A stretch of DNA of 17,374 bases from Fidelibacterota bacterium (GTDB lineage: Bacteria; Fidelibacterota; Marinisomatia; Marinisomatales; S15-B10). Location of the stretch: the NCBI GenBank assembly GCA_002729175.1, contig PBTS01000039.1, positions 2,224 through 19,597 on the forward strand, read 5' to 3'. The notes under the pieces are model-generated. The model was not told the origin of the DNA, ran no database searches, and saw nothing but the letters and a program-made list of their open reading frames with translations. Position numbers and translations under genes: made by a program. How positions within the stretch are numbered: the first letter of the stretch is position 1; every line of letters starts with the position of its first letter. Positions 8,350-15,932 of the stretch are shown here, in pieces.

Positions 8350-9855
8350 TTACTTTTTCTTTTTTTTCTTCTTCTTTTTGCCGCCACCATCATCTTCTGG
8401 CGTTTCCTGCGCTGTTGGCTCTGGTTCTGGCGGCGCTTCTTCCAAAATCCAATCCTTTACTATTTTTGAAGCTGCTTGTGGTTGACCAACGCTCATGGAC
8501 ACAACAGCTTGTTTCATATCGTTAACCTCACTTTGAAGTACGCCAATGTCTTCAATTGTTGTTGGTTTTGGTGTGGCGCGGGTTTGTTGTTCCTCAGAAA
8601 CGCTTACTGTTTCATCTTTTTTTTTAGGTTTTGGAGGATAGACCATCCAGGGTGGTGGCGGTGGCATTTGTTGCTTTGGTTTGTTCATTAAAACAAAAAC
8701 AAGAACAACCACGAGAACAATAACAAGCGCGCCAAGAATTGAAACAAAAACAATCATTCCAGTGTTGCTACCGCCAGAACGAGCTTGATTATCTAAATCG
8801 CTTTGCACCTGATCTAACATGGATAGTTTTTCAGCAATTTGGGAATCAAGGTTGGCTTTTTCTTGTAGTTTTTGTTGAACAGATGATTTGGCCTCAATGG
8901 ATGCAGAATCTGTTAATCCTGCGGTTCCAAGGAAAGCTTTTAAGTTTTGAATCTCTTCGTTGATAGATTGGAGACGTATAGAATCCTGTTTGAGTATAGA
9001 TTGTTTTTCCTGATCATAAGATCGATCTCTGGCGACCGATTCAAATTCAGCAAGCTTTGACTGAAAATAAAGACGATCTTCCTGACGTCGACCCTCTTCT
9101 GTTTCTTTATAGTTTTCAAGCTCCTGTTTCCAATCAACTTCTCCCAAACGCTCTCTTTGACTTTCAAGAGATTCAAGCTTTTCAGCAATCGTTTTTAGCA
9201 GAACCTGTTCAGCGGATTTTTCATCCCGCCGTTCTTTAAAACTGGCCGTCATAATGCTGAGCACATCTCCCCTTGGTCTATTAAAACGGGAAGCAACCAT
9301 AACAACCTGGCGGATATTTTCAATTAGTTCTGGCGCGGCCCCCTCTTGAAGAATAATACTGATTTCCATATTTCTAACACTGGCCATTGCCGATCTTTTT
9401 TCAATTTGTGTACGAGATACGACATTATTCTCTGGGGGAGAACCATCCATAGTGCTTATGTTTTCTTCGTTGTCGTTCGCCGACGTAGTTGGGGGAGTTT
9501 CTGCGGTAAAATCAAAACCTGGGATTGGTAGTCCGACACTACCGCGACTGGGCACTTCTCCATCATTTAAAAATCCTTCAGCCGCTTTTAGCGATTCAAG
9601 ATTAGATTCGCCCCCACGTGGCGAAAAAGTGGTTTGACTTTCAAACGCACTGCTGATTTCTAAATCAACACTCACATCAACAACGTACTTACGGTTGTCG
9701 ATTACTTTTTCAAGCGCACCGGCAATTCTCTTTCTCAAATCATTCTCAATCATGAGTTTTTGCGCCAAATACCCACTCGATTGGGCAAAGCCTATGTTTA
9801 AAATAAATCCGACTATGAGGGCAAAAAACAATGCCCCATTTCTCCGCTTAATCAT
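8350..9855 (-). CDS. FliF-like ring protein: signal/TM, RBM3 (YscJ/FliF C-terminal) domain, long coiled coil, TM helix, FliG-binding tail
   Basis: IENDLRKRIAGALEKVI...VVDVSVDL and VRNMEISIIL...IENIRQVVMVASRFNRPRGDVLSIMTASF match the two halves of FliF RBM3. QPQAASKIVKDWI matches the FliF C-terminal P..A..I..W motif. The ATG at 9855 is preferred over 9873 because AAGGGAG precedes it. Confidence 0.7.
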   Translation of the reverse strand: MIKRRNGALFFALIVGFILNIGFAQSSGYLAQKLMIENDLRKRIAGALEKVIDNRKYVVDVSVDLEISSAFESQTTFSPRGGESNLESLKAAEGFLNDGEVPSRGSVGLPIPGFDFTAETPPTTSANDNEENISTMDGSPPENNVVSRTQIEKRSAMASVRNMEISIILQEGAAPELIENIRQVVMVASRFNRPRGDVLSIMTASFKERRDEKSAEQVLLKTIAEKLESLESQRERLGEVDWKQELENYKETEEGRRQEDRLYFQSKLAEFESVARDRSYDQEKQSILKQDSIRLQSINEEIQNLKAFLGTAGLTDSASIEAKSSVQQKLQEKANLDSQIAEKLSMLDQVQSDLDNQARSGGSNTGMIVFVSILGALVIVLVVVLVFVLMNKPKQQMPPPPPWMVYPPKPKKKDETVSVSEEQQTRATPKPTTIEDIGVLQSEVNDMKQAVVSMSVGQPQAASKIVKDWILEEAPPEPEPTAQETPEDDGGGKKKKKKKKK

Positions 9856-9881
9856 ATTGACTCCCTTATTCATATGAATTT

Positions 9882-10676
9882 TTAATTATCCCCGGTATTT
9901 TTTGTACTAGATTCAGATCTTCCAACCGGCCCACCGCGCGGTGCCAAAAACGTGATTTCAACACGCCGGTTTCGAGATTTTTGCTGAGGGTTTGAATTGT
10001 ATTTTTGAACCAAATCCGAAGAAAGCAACTCTGTGTTTTTCCTGTCTCTTGGTACAAACTCTCCATACCCAACGGCTTCCAACCGGGTCGGGTCTACACC
10101 TAACGTGATCATTTGTCTAACGACCGCCGCTGCTCGCGCACCGGACAACTCCCAATTGCTTGGGTATTTTACTTGAAGCGCCTTTGGCAATTGGTCGCTA
10201 TCTGTGTGACCTTCAACAGCAATTTGAAAATAAGATTTCTCAACAGTTGGGATTATTTTTTTTAAAATATCAAGGAACTCCGGTTTTGTTTCTGCCGATC
10301 CAGAGCGAAAACTGATATCAGATGAAATTCCAATGGTAACACCCTTTGGACTGGTTGTAACCTCAACGGGCTTTTCTCCAGTTTTAGGATCAACTGCCAT
10401 TTCTTCAACCATTTTTTGAGCTTCTTTCTGAATGTCTCCGAGTGACATTGCTTGATTTTCAATCTCTTTTTTCTTCCCAACCGATTTACCCATTCCATCG
10501 GCCATATTTTGTAGTTTTACTGGATCGATGGTTGAGATAGCAGCCAATAATACGAAAAAAGCAAAAAGAAGGGTCATCATGTCAGCAAAAGTACCAAACC
10601 ATCCAGGCAGGCCCTCTTCAACCATCCCCATTCCTTTTCGAATGAACTGTTTTTTTTCTTGAGCTGTGGCAGCCAT
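9882..10676 (-). CDS. motB: Stator B subunit, MotB/PomB-like, with OmpA-like peptidoglycan-binding domain
   Basis: PGWFGTFADMMTLLFAFFVLL with the essential Asp; VEGHTD, YPSNWELSGARAAAV, AVGYGE and RNRRVEI. Confidence 0.93.
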   Translation of the reverse strand: MAATAQEKKQFIRKGMGMVEEGLPGWFGTFADMMTLLFAFFVLLAAISTIDPVKLQNMADGMGKSVGKKKEIENQAMSLGDIQKEAQKMVEEMAVDPKTGEKPVEVTTSPKGVTIGISSDISFRSGSAETKPEFLDILKKIIPTVEKSYFQIAVEGHTDSDQLPKALQVKYPSNWELSGARAAAVVRQMITLGVDPTRLEAVGYGEFVPRDRKNTELLSSDLVQKYNSNPQQKSRNRRVEITFLAPRGGPVGRSESSTKNTGDN

Positions 10677-10681
10677 TTAAT

Positions 10682-11452
10682 TTACTCTGCGTCTTTTTTC
10701 CACTCTTTTGGTGGGATGAATGAATTGAGTTTTTCACGAACAATAATGGGATGTTTTTTCTGATGAATTAACCGGGCAGCTTCAACTTGCAAGCTTTGTA
10801 TTGTACTGGAAAAAGATATTCGTGTTTTAATCTTATCCGCCATAGGGAGAAAAAATAAATTGGCGAGAACAGCACCATAAAAAGTTGTAATAAGTGCAGC
10901 AGACATACCCGCACCAAGAGTATCCGTTCCCCCCTCACCAAAGCCGGACAACATAACCACAAGCCCTATTAATGTTCCAACCATACCCCACGCCGGCGCC
11001 ATCGTGCCCATAGATTTGAACAATCCAGCTTGTGTGCTTTCTCTTAACTCTCGGTATTCAATTCGAGTGTTTAAAATTTCAGTAACTTCATCTAATGAAT
11101 ATCCGTCAATCACCATTTGGGCACCATCTCGAAAGAAAAAACTTTTAATGTTTCCAATGTGGTTTTCTAAATCAGCAGTACCTTTACGCGCCACCTCGGA
11201 TGCCTCAACCGCCTCATCGACAATACTACCGAGAGTATCTTTATCACCTTTAAAAACTGCACCCATAGCCGCACCAAGCTGAAGCACATCTTTTAACGGG
11301 AAGGCAACAGAAACAGACGCAATCATTCCACCCATTACAATACCAAGACTCGAAGCCGATCCAAACATCCCTAAATTTGGTGTCATTAAAAAAATACTGC
11401 CAACAATGGCTCCCATTCCTAATATGATTCCTACAAGAGTTGCAATATCCAT
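10682..11452 (-). CDS. motA: Stator A subunit, MotA/PomA-like
   Basis: MDIATLVG start, GIVMGG, ARKG...LE, APAWGMVGTLIGLVVML, GMSAALITTFYGAVLANLFFLPMADK and HPIIVREKL; 256 aa. Confidence 0.93.
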   Translation of the reverse strand: MDIATLVGIILGMGAIVGSIFLMTPNLGMFGSASSLGIVMGGMIASVSVAFPLKDVLQLGAAMGAVFKGDKDTLGSIVDEAVEASEVARKGTADLENHIGNIKSFFFRDGAQMVIDGYSLDEVTEILNTRIEYRELRESTQAGLFKSMGTMAPAWGMVGTLIGLVVMLSGFGEGGTDTLGAGMSAALITTFYGAVLANLFFLPMADKIKTRISFSSTIQSLQVEAARLIHQKKHPIIVREKLNSFIPPKEWKKDAE

Positions 11453-11454
11453 AC

Positions 11455-12807
11455 TTATTCCTTAATCATGCTGGTTGATTTCAATCGTTTTTCATGCAAT
11501 GCTTTCAGCACATTTCTCACATCATCATACTCTGGATCCATACGTAATGCAAGATTCCAATTGATGGTTGCGCGCTGAATATCCCCCAACTTAAAGTAAA
11601 TAGAACCTCGACGCGCATAGGCTAACGCTATATTTGGATTTGCGTCTAATGCTGATTCCACCTCTTGTAGTGATGTTCGATAATCTCCCGCATGGAAATA
11701 TCGCAATGAACGAGATAAATGACGCATTGCTTCATTCATTTTCTGTTCGTTTACATTATTATTTAGTCGAACCGCTTTTAAGGAGTCCTCCAAAAATTTT
11801 GAGTGGTGTTCCATAGCCGAAAGTCGAGTGATTAAATTCCGCATCTCGTTGTTCATCATTCCCATAGAATCCCGAAGAGTGGTGACCATATAATCAGCCA
11901 ACATTAGCGTTGTGTCCATTTCAGCCATATGGATGGGACCCGGTTCATAAATAGGTGGGGCCGGCCCACTCCCTGGTGTTTTGATTGCACTCCCCCTTGG
12001 AGCTGTTATTTCAAAACCAACAGTTAGGCCCGCATGACCTTCCCAATATCGTTCTTTCCATTTAGGTAATTTTTCTATGTGGGTGAACCCTAGGTTAAGG
12101 CGATAATCCGAGGTAAGGGGGATGCGGAGTCCCACATTGATGCCATTCCCGTCAAATTCACCCACAATATCTACACCGCCCCATTTTTCTAGATAGGGCG
12201 TATTAAAAACTGCACCAGCAAAAACGCCGGCATTTGTTCCCGTTATTTCTTCAGTTAGCGTATCCGTATTTACCGTATCGATTGCACCAAAACCACCCGT
12301 TCCAAAACCGATAAATGTGTTCATATTGTATTGCCCGATTTGTTTCTGGCTACTCACAATACCAAAAAAGGATAACTCTTTTGGATCTAGATTAAGACCC
12401 TTAGTTTTATTTTCGAATACAATATCTTGAAGGCCAACGGTAAACGCGATATTTTCTCTTACGTATACCCGCCGCTGGATATGAAATCCAAACTCAACAG
12501 GCGCTTTATAAGTAGAGACCTCCAAGTTGGCGAGGCGAGTGGTATCGGCGCTCTGTGCGGTAGAAAACCCAAGCGTCCACCCAGAGTTGATATCCATACT
12601 GAAATAAGCACCCCCAGCTGTATTAAATGGAGATAAATTGTGAAGCTCAGATCCAAACCCAGCTGTAAACAAATAAGGAGACGGGCCAATTGACGTATAG
12701 GGGATTTTCATCATGGGGCCCGGCCTAAGATATGCAACACGGGTTGCACCAAAAATTGTAGAAAATAATATGAGCGATAATAATAGGGTGCGGTTTATCT
12801 GTTTCAT
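11455..12807 (-). CDS. Exported protein: predicted beta-rich/outer-membrane barrel N-domain, coiled coil and C-terminal TPR
   Basis: Signal peptide; Gly/aromatic alternating strands (FTVGLQDI, NTFIGFGTG, VGEFDGNGINVGLRIP, YRLNLGF, GLTVGFEI); Pro linker; heptad segment; TPR (ALAYARRGSIYFKLGDIQRATINWNLALRMDP). ATGA overlap with the upstream gene. Confidence 0.7.
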   Translation of the reverse strand: MKQINRTLLLSLILFSTIFGATRVAYLRPGPMMKIPYTSIGPSPYLFTAGFGSELHNLSPFNTAGGAYFSMDINSGWTLGFSTAQSADTTRLANLEVSTYKAPVEFGFHIQRRVYVRENIAFTVGLQDIVFENKTKGLNLDPKELSFFGIVSSQKQIGQYNMNTFIGFGTGGFGAIDTVNTDTLTEEITGTNAGVFAGAVFNTPYLEKWGGVDIVGEFDGNGINVGLRIPLTSDYRLNLGFTHIEKLPKWKERYWEGHAGLTVGFEITAPRGSAIKTPGSGPAPPIYEPGPIHMAEMDTTLMLADYMVTTLRDSMGMMNNEMRNLITRLSAMEHHSKFLEDSLKAVRLNNNVNEQKMNEAMRHLSRSLRYFHAGDYRTSLQEVESALDANPNIALAYARRGSIYFKLGDIQRATINWNLALRMDPEYDDVRNVLKALHEKRLKSTSMIKE

Positions 12808-13652
12808 TGGTGTCCGTCAGTGGTTTTTAATTCCATTTTTGCCAATCGAAAATATTCACTATCTGGATGCTGAGAGACAACATTACTAAAAGCAATAATG
12901 GCTAACGATTCATTCCCCATTTTTCGATGCAACAACCCCTTTTGGACCAATGCATCATCAATTCTGAGTGTGCCAGTGATAGAAATTTTATTTAAAAGCT
13001 GTAACGCGTTTTCATATTGCCCCGTTTGTTGGTAAGCATCAGCAGTCCAGTATAATATGTTTTCAACAGTTTTTTTAGGCGCCTCCTGTAAATTGAGGGA
13101 TAGAAATTTACTTAATGCAGTTTGGTAATCTTCTCGTTGGTAGGCAAACACACCAGCCATATATGTTGACTGGTTAAATTCCTGTATAGGTTTAGTTTTT
13201 GTTTTTTTAACCAATTCAGTTTTAGGTGATAAGATTGGTGTGTGCTCACGTCGGTTGGAGAGGTTGTTTCTATTTTGCATTTCTGCTAAACTTTGTTTGA
13301 GTTGCCCGTTCTCCTGGCGAAGGATATTCACTTCCGTGTGAAAGGAGTTTTCTAATCGTTCGATACGGTTATTAATCCGCCCCAAAGTGGATAGTAACTC
13401 CTTGCTGGAGGCCATATACACAGAGCCGCTCTCAACTTTTTTTATTTTAAAGGAAACTTCATCAGAGGGCTTTTCAACAAAATGGGATGAAACCTCAGAC
13501 CCTTTATTGGGTTCAATTACAATACCAAGATCTAAAAAAAATATTTCTGAGAGGGGTATTTCTTGTGCGCCCAAAGATCCGATAATTAATATGAGGGGCG
13601 ACAGGTGTTTTATCAGCGGCTTTCTATGGTTTAACGGGAATTTCAAACCCAT
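12804..13652 (-). CDS. Exported coiled-coil + TPR protein (CpoB/YbgF-like architecture)
   Basis: Hydrophobic N-terminal segment ending SLGA-QE, coiled coil (LGRINNRIERLEN...LKQSLAEMQ) and three TPR-like repeats ending VVSQHPDSEY...A. The likely start is the ATG at 13652 in a TAATG overlap, not the TTG at 13670. Confidence 0.7.
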   Translation of the reverse strand: MGLKFPLNHRKPLIKHLSPLILIIGSLGAQEIPLSEIFFLDLGIVIEPNKGSEVSSHFVEKPSDEVSFKIKKVESGSVYMASSKELLSTLGRINNRIERLENSFHTEVNILRQENGQLKQSLAEMQNRNNLSNRREHTPILSPKTELVKKTKTKPIQEFNQSTYMAGVFAYQREDYQTALSKFLSLNLQEAPKKTVENILYWTADAYQQTGQYENALQLLNKISITGTLRIDDALVQKGLLHRKMGNESLAIIAFSNVVSQHPDSEYFRLAKMELKTTDGHQ

Positions 13653-14800
13653 TATTCGTACTCTTCCCAATCAATGACATAAGAGTATCCAATAAAAGAA
13701 CCAAAATCATGGGGGACATAAAGTTCGAAAGCTCCAGTGGCTCCAGGCAGGAGTGTGGCATCTGTTGTTATACCAGAATCAAAGGTGTGATATCCACCCC
13801 TTACAAAAGTTGTTAGAGTCTTTGTTTCACCGCTCCAATTTTTACGGAAGACAAAATCAACCTTAACAAAATCTGCTCTTCGACCGCCAATATTTTTTAA
13901 TTCCCCATTAAAAACATAATTACCTTGTACGTCTTTCTTTTCAGTAATATTCCCAACCAACACACAGTTTGCAGAGTATTTTTTTGATCCACCCCTTTCA
14001 GCGGATGTATACTGGGGCTCTGCCAGTTTTGGCATAGGTGGCGGTGTGTAGCTGTCACGCACTTGTTCGGGAACATATTCTGCCTGTTCTTCGGTAACAA
14101 CGTTATCAACCATCCGCACCACATCTTGTCGATTGATAATTAAGTAGCCAACAAGGGTTTCAACCTTCAAAGATTCTTCATCTTGATAAATGACTTTTCC
14201 AAAAACGGTAGAACCATTTTTCATGATAATCTCTTTGGAATAAATAGCAAGGGGGTTAACCCACATTTTACTGAGAGCTTTTAAATTTTCTAATTCTTCA
14301 TTGAGATATTTAAGCTCAGCGGTCATTTTTTTAATTTCAAAGCTAAGCTCATTAAGAATATAATCTTTTCCTGGGTCAGGTGTGAATTCTACTGCATCGA
14401 GAGCGGGGCTCTTTACCGTATCTGCTTGTGTGCCAGTTGGTGGTGAATCAGACGACAACTCAAGGTCACCTAGCTTAACATTTTTATCAGCCACCTCAAC
14501 GGGGGAGCTTAGCTTTCCGGTATCACCCCCATCGGCTTCTAATGTATAGTTACCTGGAAGCACTTTCGAAAATTCAAACTTTCCACCACCGCGCCCTAGC
14601 CGTTTTTTAGACGTTTCTGTGCGCTGGACCTCTGTTCCATCTTCTCCCAAAAGCAGGACAGTTGTTTTTACAACACCGTTTCCTTCTGGGTCAACCAGCG
14701 TTCCGGAAATGTTTTGCGGCTTCTGAGCGAACAATGTGGTTACAAGAAGGGTGAACATCACCCCAATTAGTAATTGTTTTAAAAATAATTTATTTGCCAT
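13652..14800 (-). CDS. Exported multidomain protein: carboxypeptidase-regulatory-like beta-sandwich, coiled coil, small beta domain, Pro linker, C-terminal Ig-like (FxLYD-like) domain
   Basis: Signal peptide (LFA-Q); ISGTLVD...G.FEFSKVLPGNYTLEA; heptads ELSFEIKKMTAELKYLNEELENLK; IIMKNGSTVFGKVI; GELKNIGGRRADFVKV...LLPGATGAF. GAGGT RBS upstream. Confidence 0.7.
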   Translation of the reverse strand: MANKLFLKQLLIGVMFTLLVTTLFAQKPQNISGTLVDPEGNGVVKTTVLLLGEDGTEVQRTETSKKRLGRGGGKFEFSKVLPGNYTLEADGGDTGKLSSPVEVADKNVKLGDLELSSDSPPTGTQADTVKSPALDAVEFTPDPGKDYILNELSFEIKKMTAELKYLNEELENLKALSKMWVNPLAIYSKEIIMKNGSTVFGKVIYQDEESLKVETLVGYLIINRQDVVRMVDNVVTEEQAEYVPEQVRDSYTPPPMPKLAEPQYTSAERGGSKKYSANCVLVGNITEKKDVQGNYVFNGELKNIGGRRADFVKVDFVFRKNWSGETKTLTTFVRGGYHTFDSGITTDATLLPGATGAFELYVPHDFGSFIGYSYVIDWEEYE

Positions 14801-14854
14801 TTATCTTTACCTCGGATTGTGTGGCACCTAAAGATTTAAGTCTATAGGTACGAA

Positions 14855-14883
14855 AGTTTAGCTACGTTCTGTTCTTGAATCAA
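14855..14883 (-). promoter_or_regulatory. Putative sigma70-type promoter of the seven-gene motor-like operon
   Basis: On the minus strand: TTGATT (14883-14878), 17 nt spacer, TAAACT (14860-14855), about 55 nt upstream of the ATG at 14800. Confidence 0.5.
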
Positions 14884-14932
14884 GTCAAAAATATCAGAAT
14901 AATATTTGAGGAGGAAGCATAAACTTAAAACG

Positions 14933-15484
14933 TTATTTCCAAAAGTCCTCGTAGGTTTTTTTGCGCTTTAGCAGTTGTTCTCGGGTTGAATCCACCTTTG
15001 TGCGCACTTCATTTGAAAGAAAGAGAGAAAGCGCCTTGTCGTAAGATTCAAGAGGGAGCTCAAAATCCATTTCATCCTTTTTTTCGTATGCAAGGCCCAT
15101 CCAATAATATGGGTCGCCAACAGTATCTATCGCCGTAGCTGCTTTAGCAAAAGATTGAATGGCATCCCATTGGCCATTTTTATGCCCCTTTTTATGATTG
15201 GTAATTCCCTCGGCCATATATATATGGTATTGAGCCGTTCTGTTTTTTGGATCGATCTGCAGCACCTTTTTATATTCATTTAAATTGTTTTTCGACTTTG
15301 CAACACTTAGCCGAGCATCAACAATGGCATTTCTAAGTTCGTCATCTTCTGGATTAGCAAGTAACAATGAATCGCTATTTGCAATCAAATATGATGGGTT
15401 ATTTATTGAGGGCGATAAAGAAGAACACCCCTCATATAGAAAAACGAGGAGCGTTAAAAATGTAAATATAAACGGTTTGTTCAT
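14933..15484 (-). CDS. TPR-containing putative lipoprotein
   Basis: Hydrophobic leader ending LYEG-C-SS (lipobox-like); TPR-type helices (YKKVLQIDPKN, PYYWMGLAYEK, YDKALSL). Confidence 0.7.
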   Translation of the reverse strand: MNKPFIFTFLTLLVFLYEGCSSLSPSINNPSYLIANSDSLLLANPEDDELRNAIVDARLSVAKSKNNLNEYKKVLQIDPKNRTAQYHIYMAEGITNHKKGHKNGQWDAIQSFAKAATAIDTVGDPYYWMGLAYEKKDEMDFELPLESYDKALSLFLSNEVRTKVDSTREQLLKRKKTYEDFWK

Positions 15485-15550
15485 AGAGAGTCTTCCTATT
15501 TAATATTAAAATTAATATACAATTTACTAGAAACGAACATTCAGGTCAAT

Positions 15551-15883
15551 TTACCAGAGCCAAACCAAAGTGATCGCACCATTCTTTTTACCAAGGTCGT
15601 GATCTTGAGGAGATCCGCAATCGGCTCGCATACCAGCCGAATCAGGGTCAAACAGGTCATAATCTTCTCCATATATCACAGCTTGAAACCGCCCGGCCTG
15701 ATCCGTACACCATTCTCGCACACCATGCTTTAAAGCGCCGGTTCCGTGGCCATGAATTATTTTGATGGCTCTAACACCACCACCAAAAACACAAGTACTC
15801 ACCGCCGTTTCTAATTCAGAAAGGGCCCGGTCAAGAGAATAACCTCGATGACCAATATCGATAATTTGAAATCGTGCTGACAT
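15551..15883 (-). CDS. Stand-alone Smr (small MutS-related) domain protein
   Basis: IDIGHRGYSLDRAL, IKIIHGHGTGALKHGVREW and NGAITLVWL. The start is moved to the ATG at 15883 (110 aa) because the longer ORF overlaps the divergent AKR gene. Confidence 0.8.
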   Translation of the reverse strand: MSARFQIIDIGHRGYSLDRALSELETAVSTCVFGGGVRAIKIIHGHGTGALKHGVREWCTDQAGRFQAVIYGEDYDLFDPDSAGMRADCGSPQDHDLGKKNGAITLVWLW

Positions 15884-15932
15884 AATAAGGACGGAGTTTC
15901 CGTAACTTTCCCAATTCAATAAAAGGATAAAA

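Noticed and set aside
7408..9873. Injectisome (SctJ/SctQ) or MgtE interpretation
   Set aside because: There is no SctJ lipoprotein RBM1-2 pattern and no export genes. The FliG similarity spans the N, M and C domains and the gene sits beside a stator.
9882..11452. motAB pair as Zorya ZorAB, ExbBD or TolQR
   Set aside because: The A subunit is 256 aa without the long ZorA tail, the B subunit has the flagellar W..TFAD and NWELS..RA motifs, and the neighbours are fliF/fliG-like rather than zorC/D/E or tonB/tolA.
14822..14837. TGGCAC as a sigma54 -24 element
   Set aside because: It is on the strand opposite to the operon and has no TTGC at -12.
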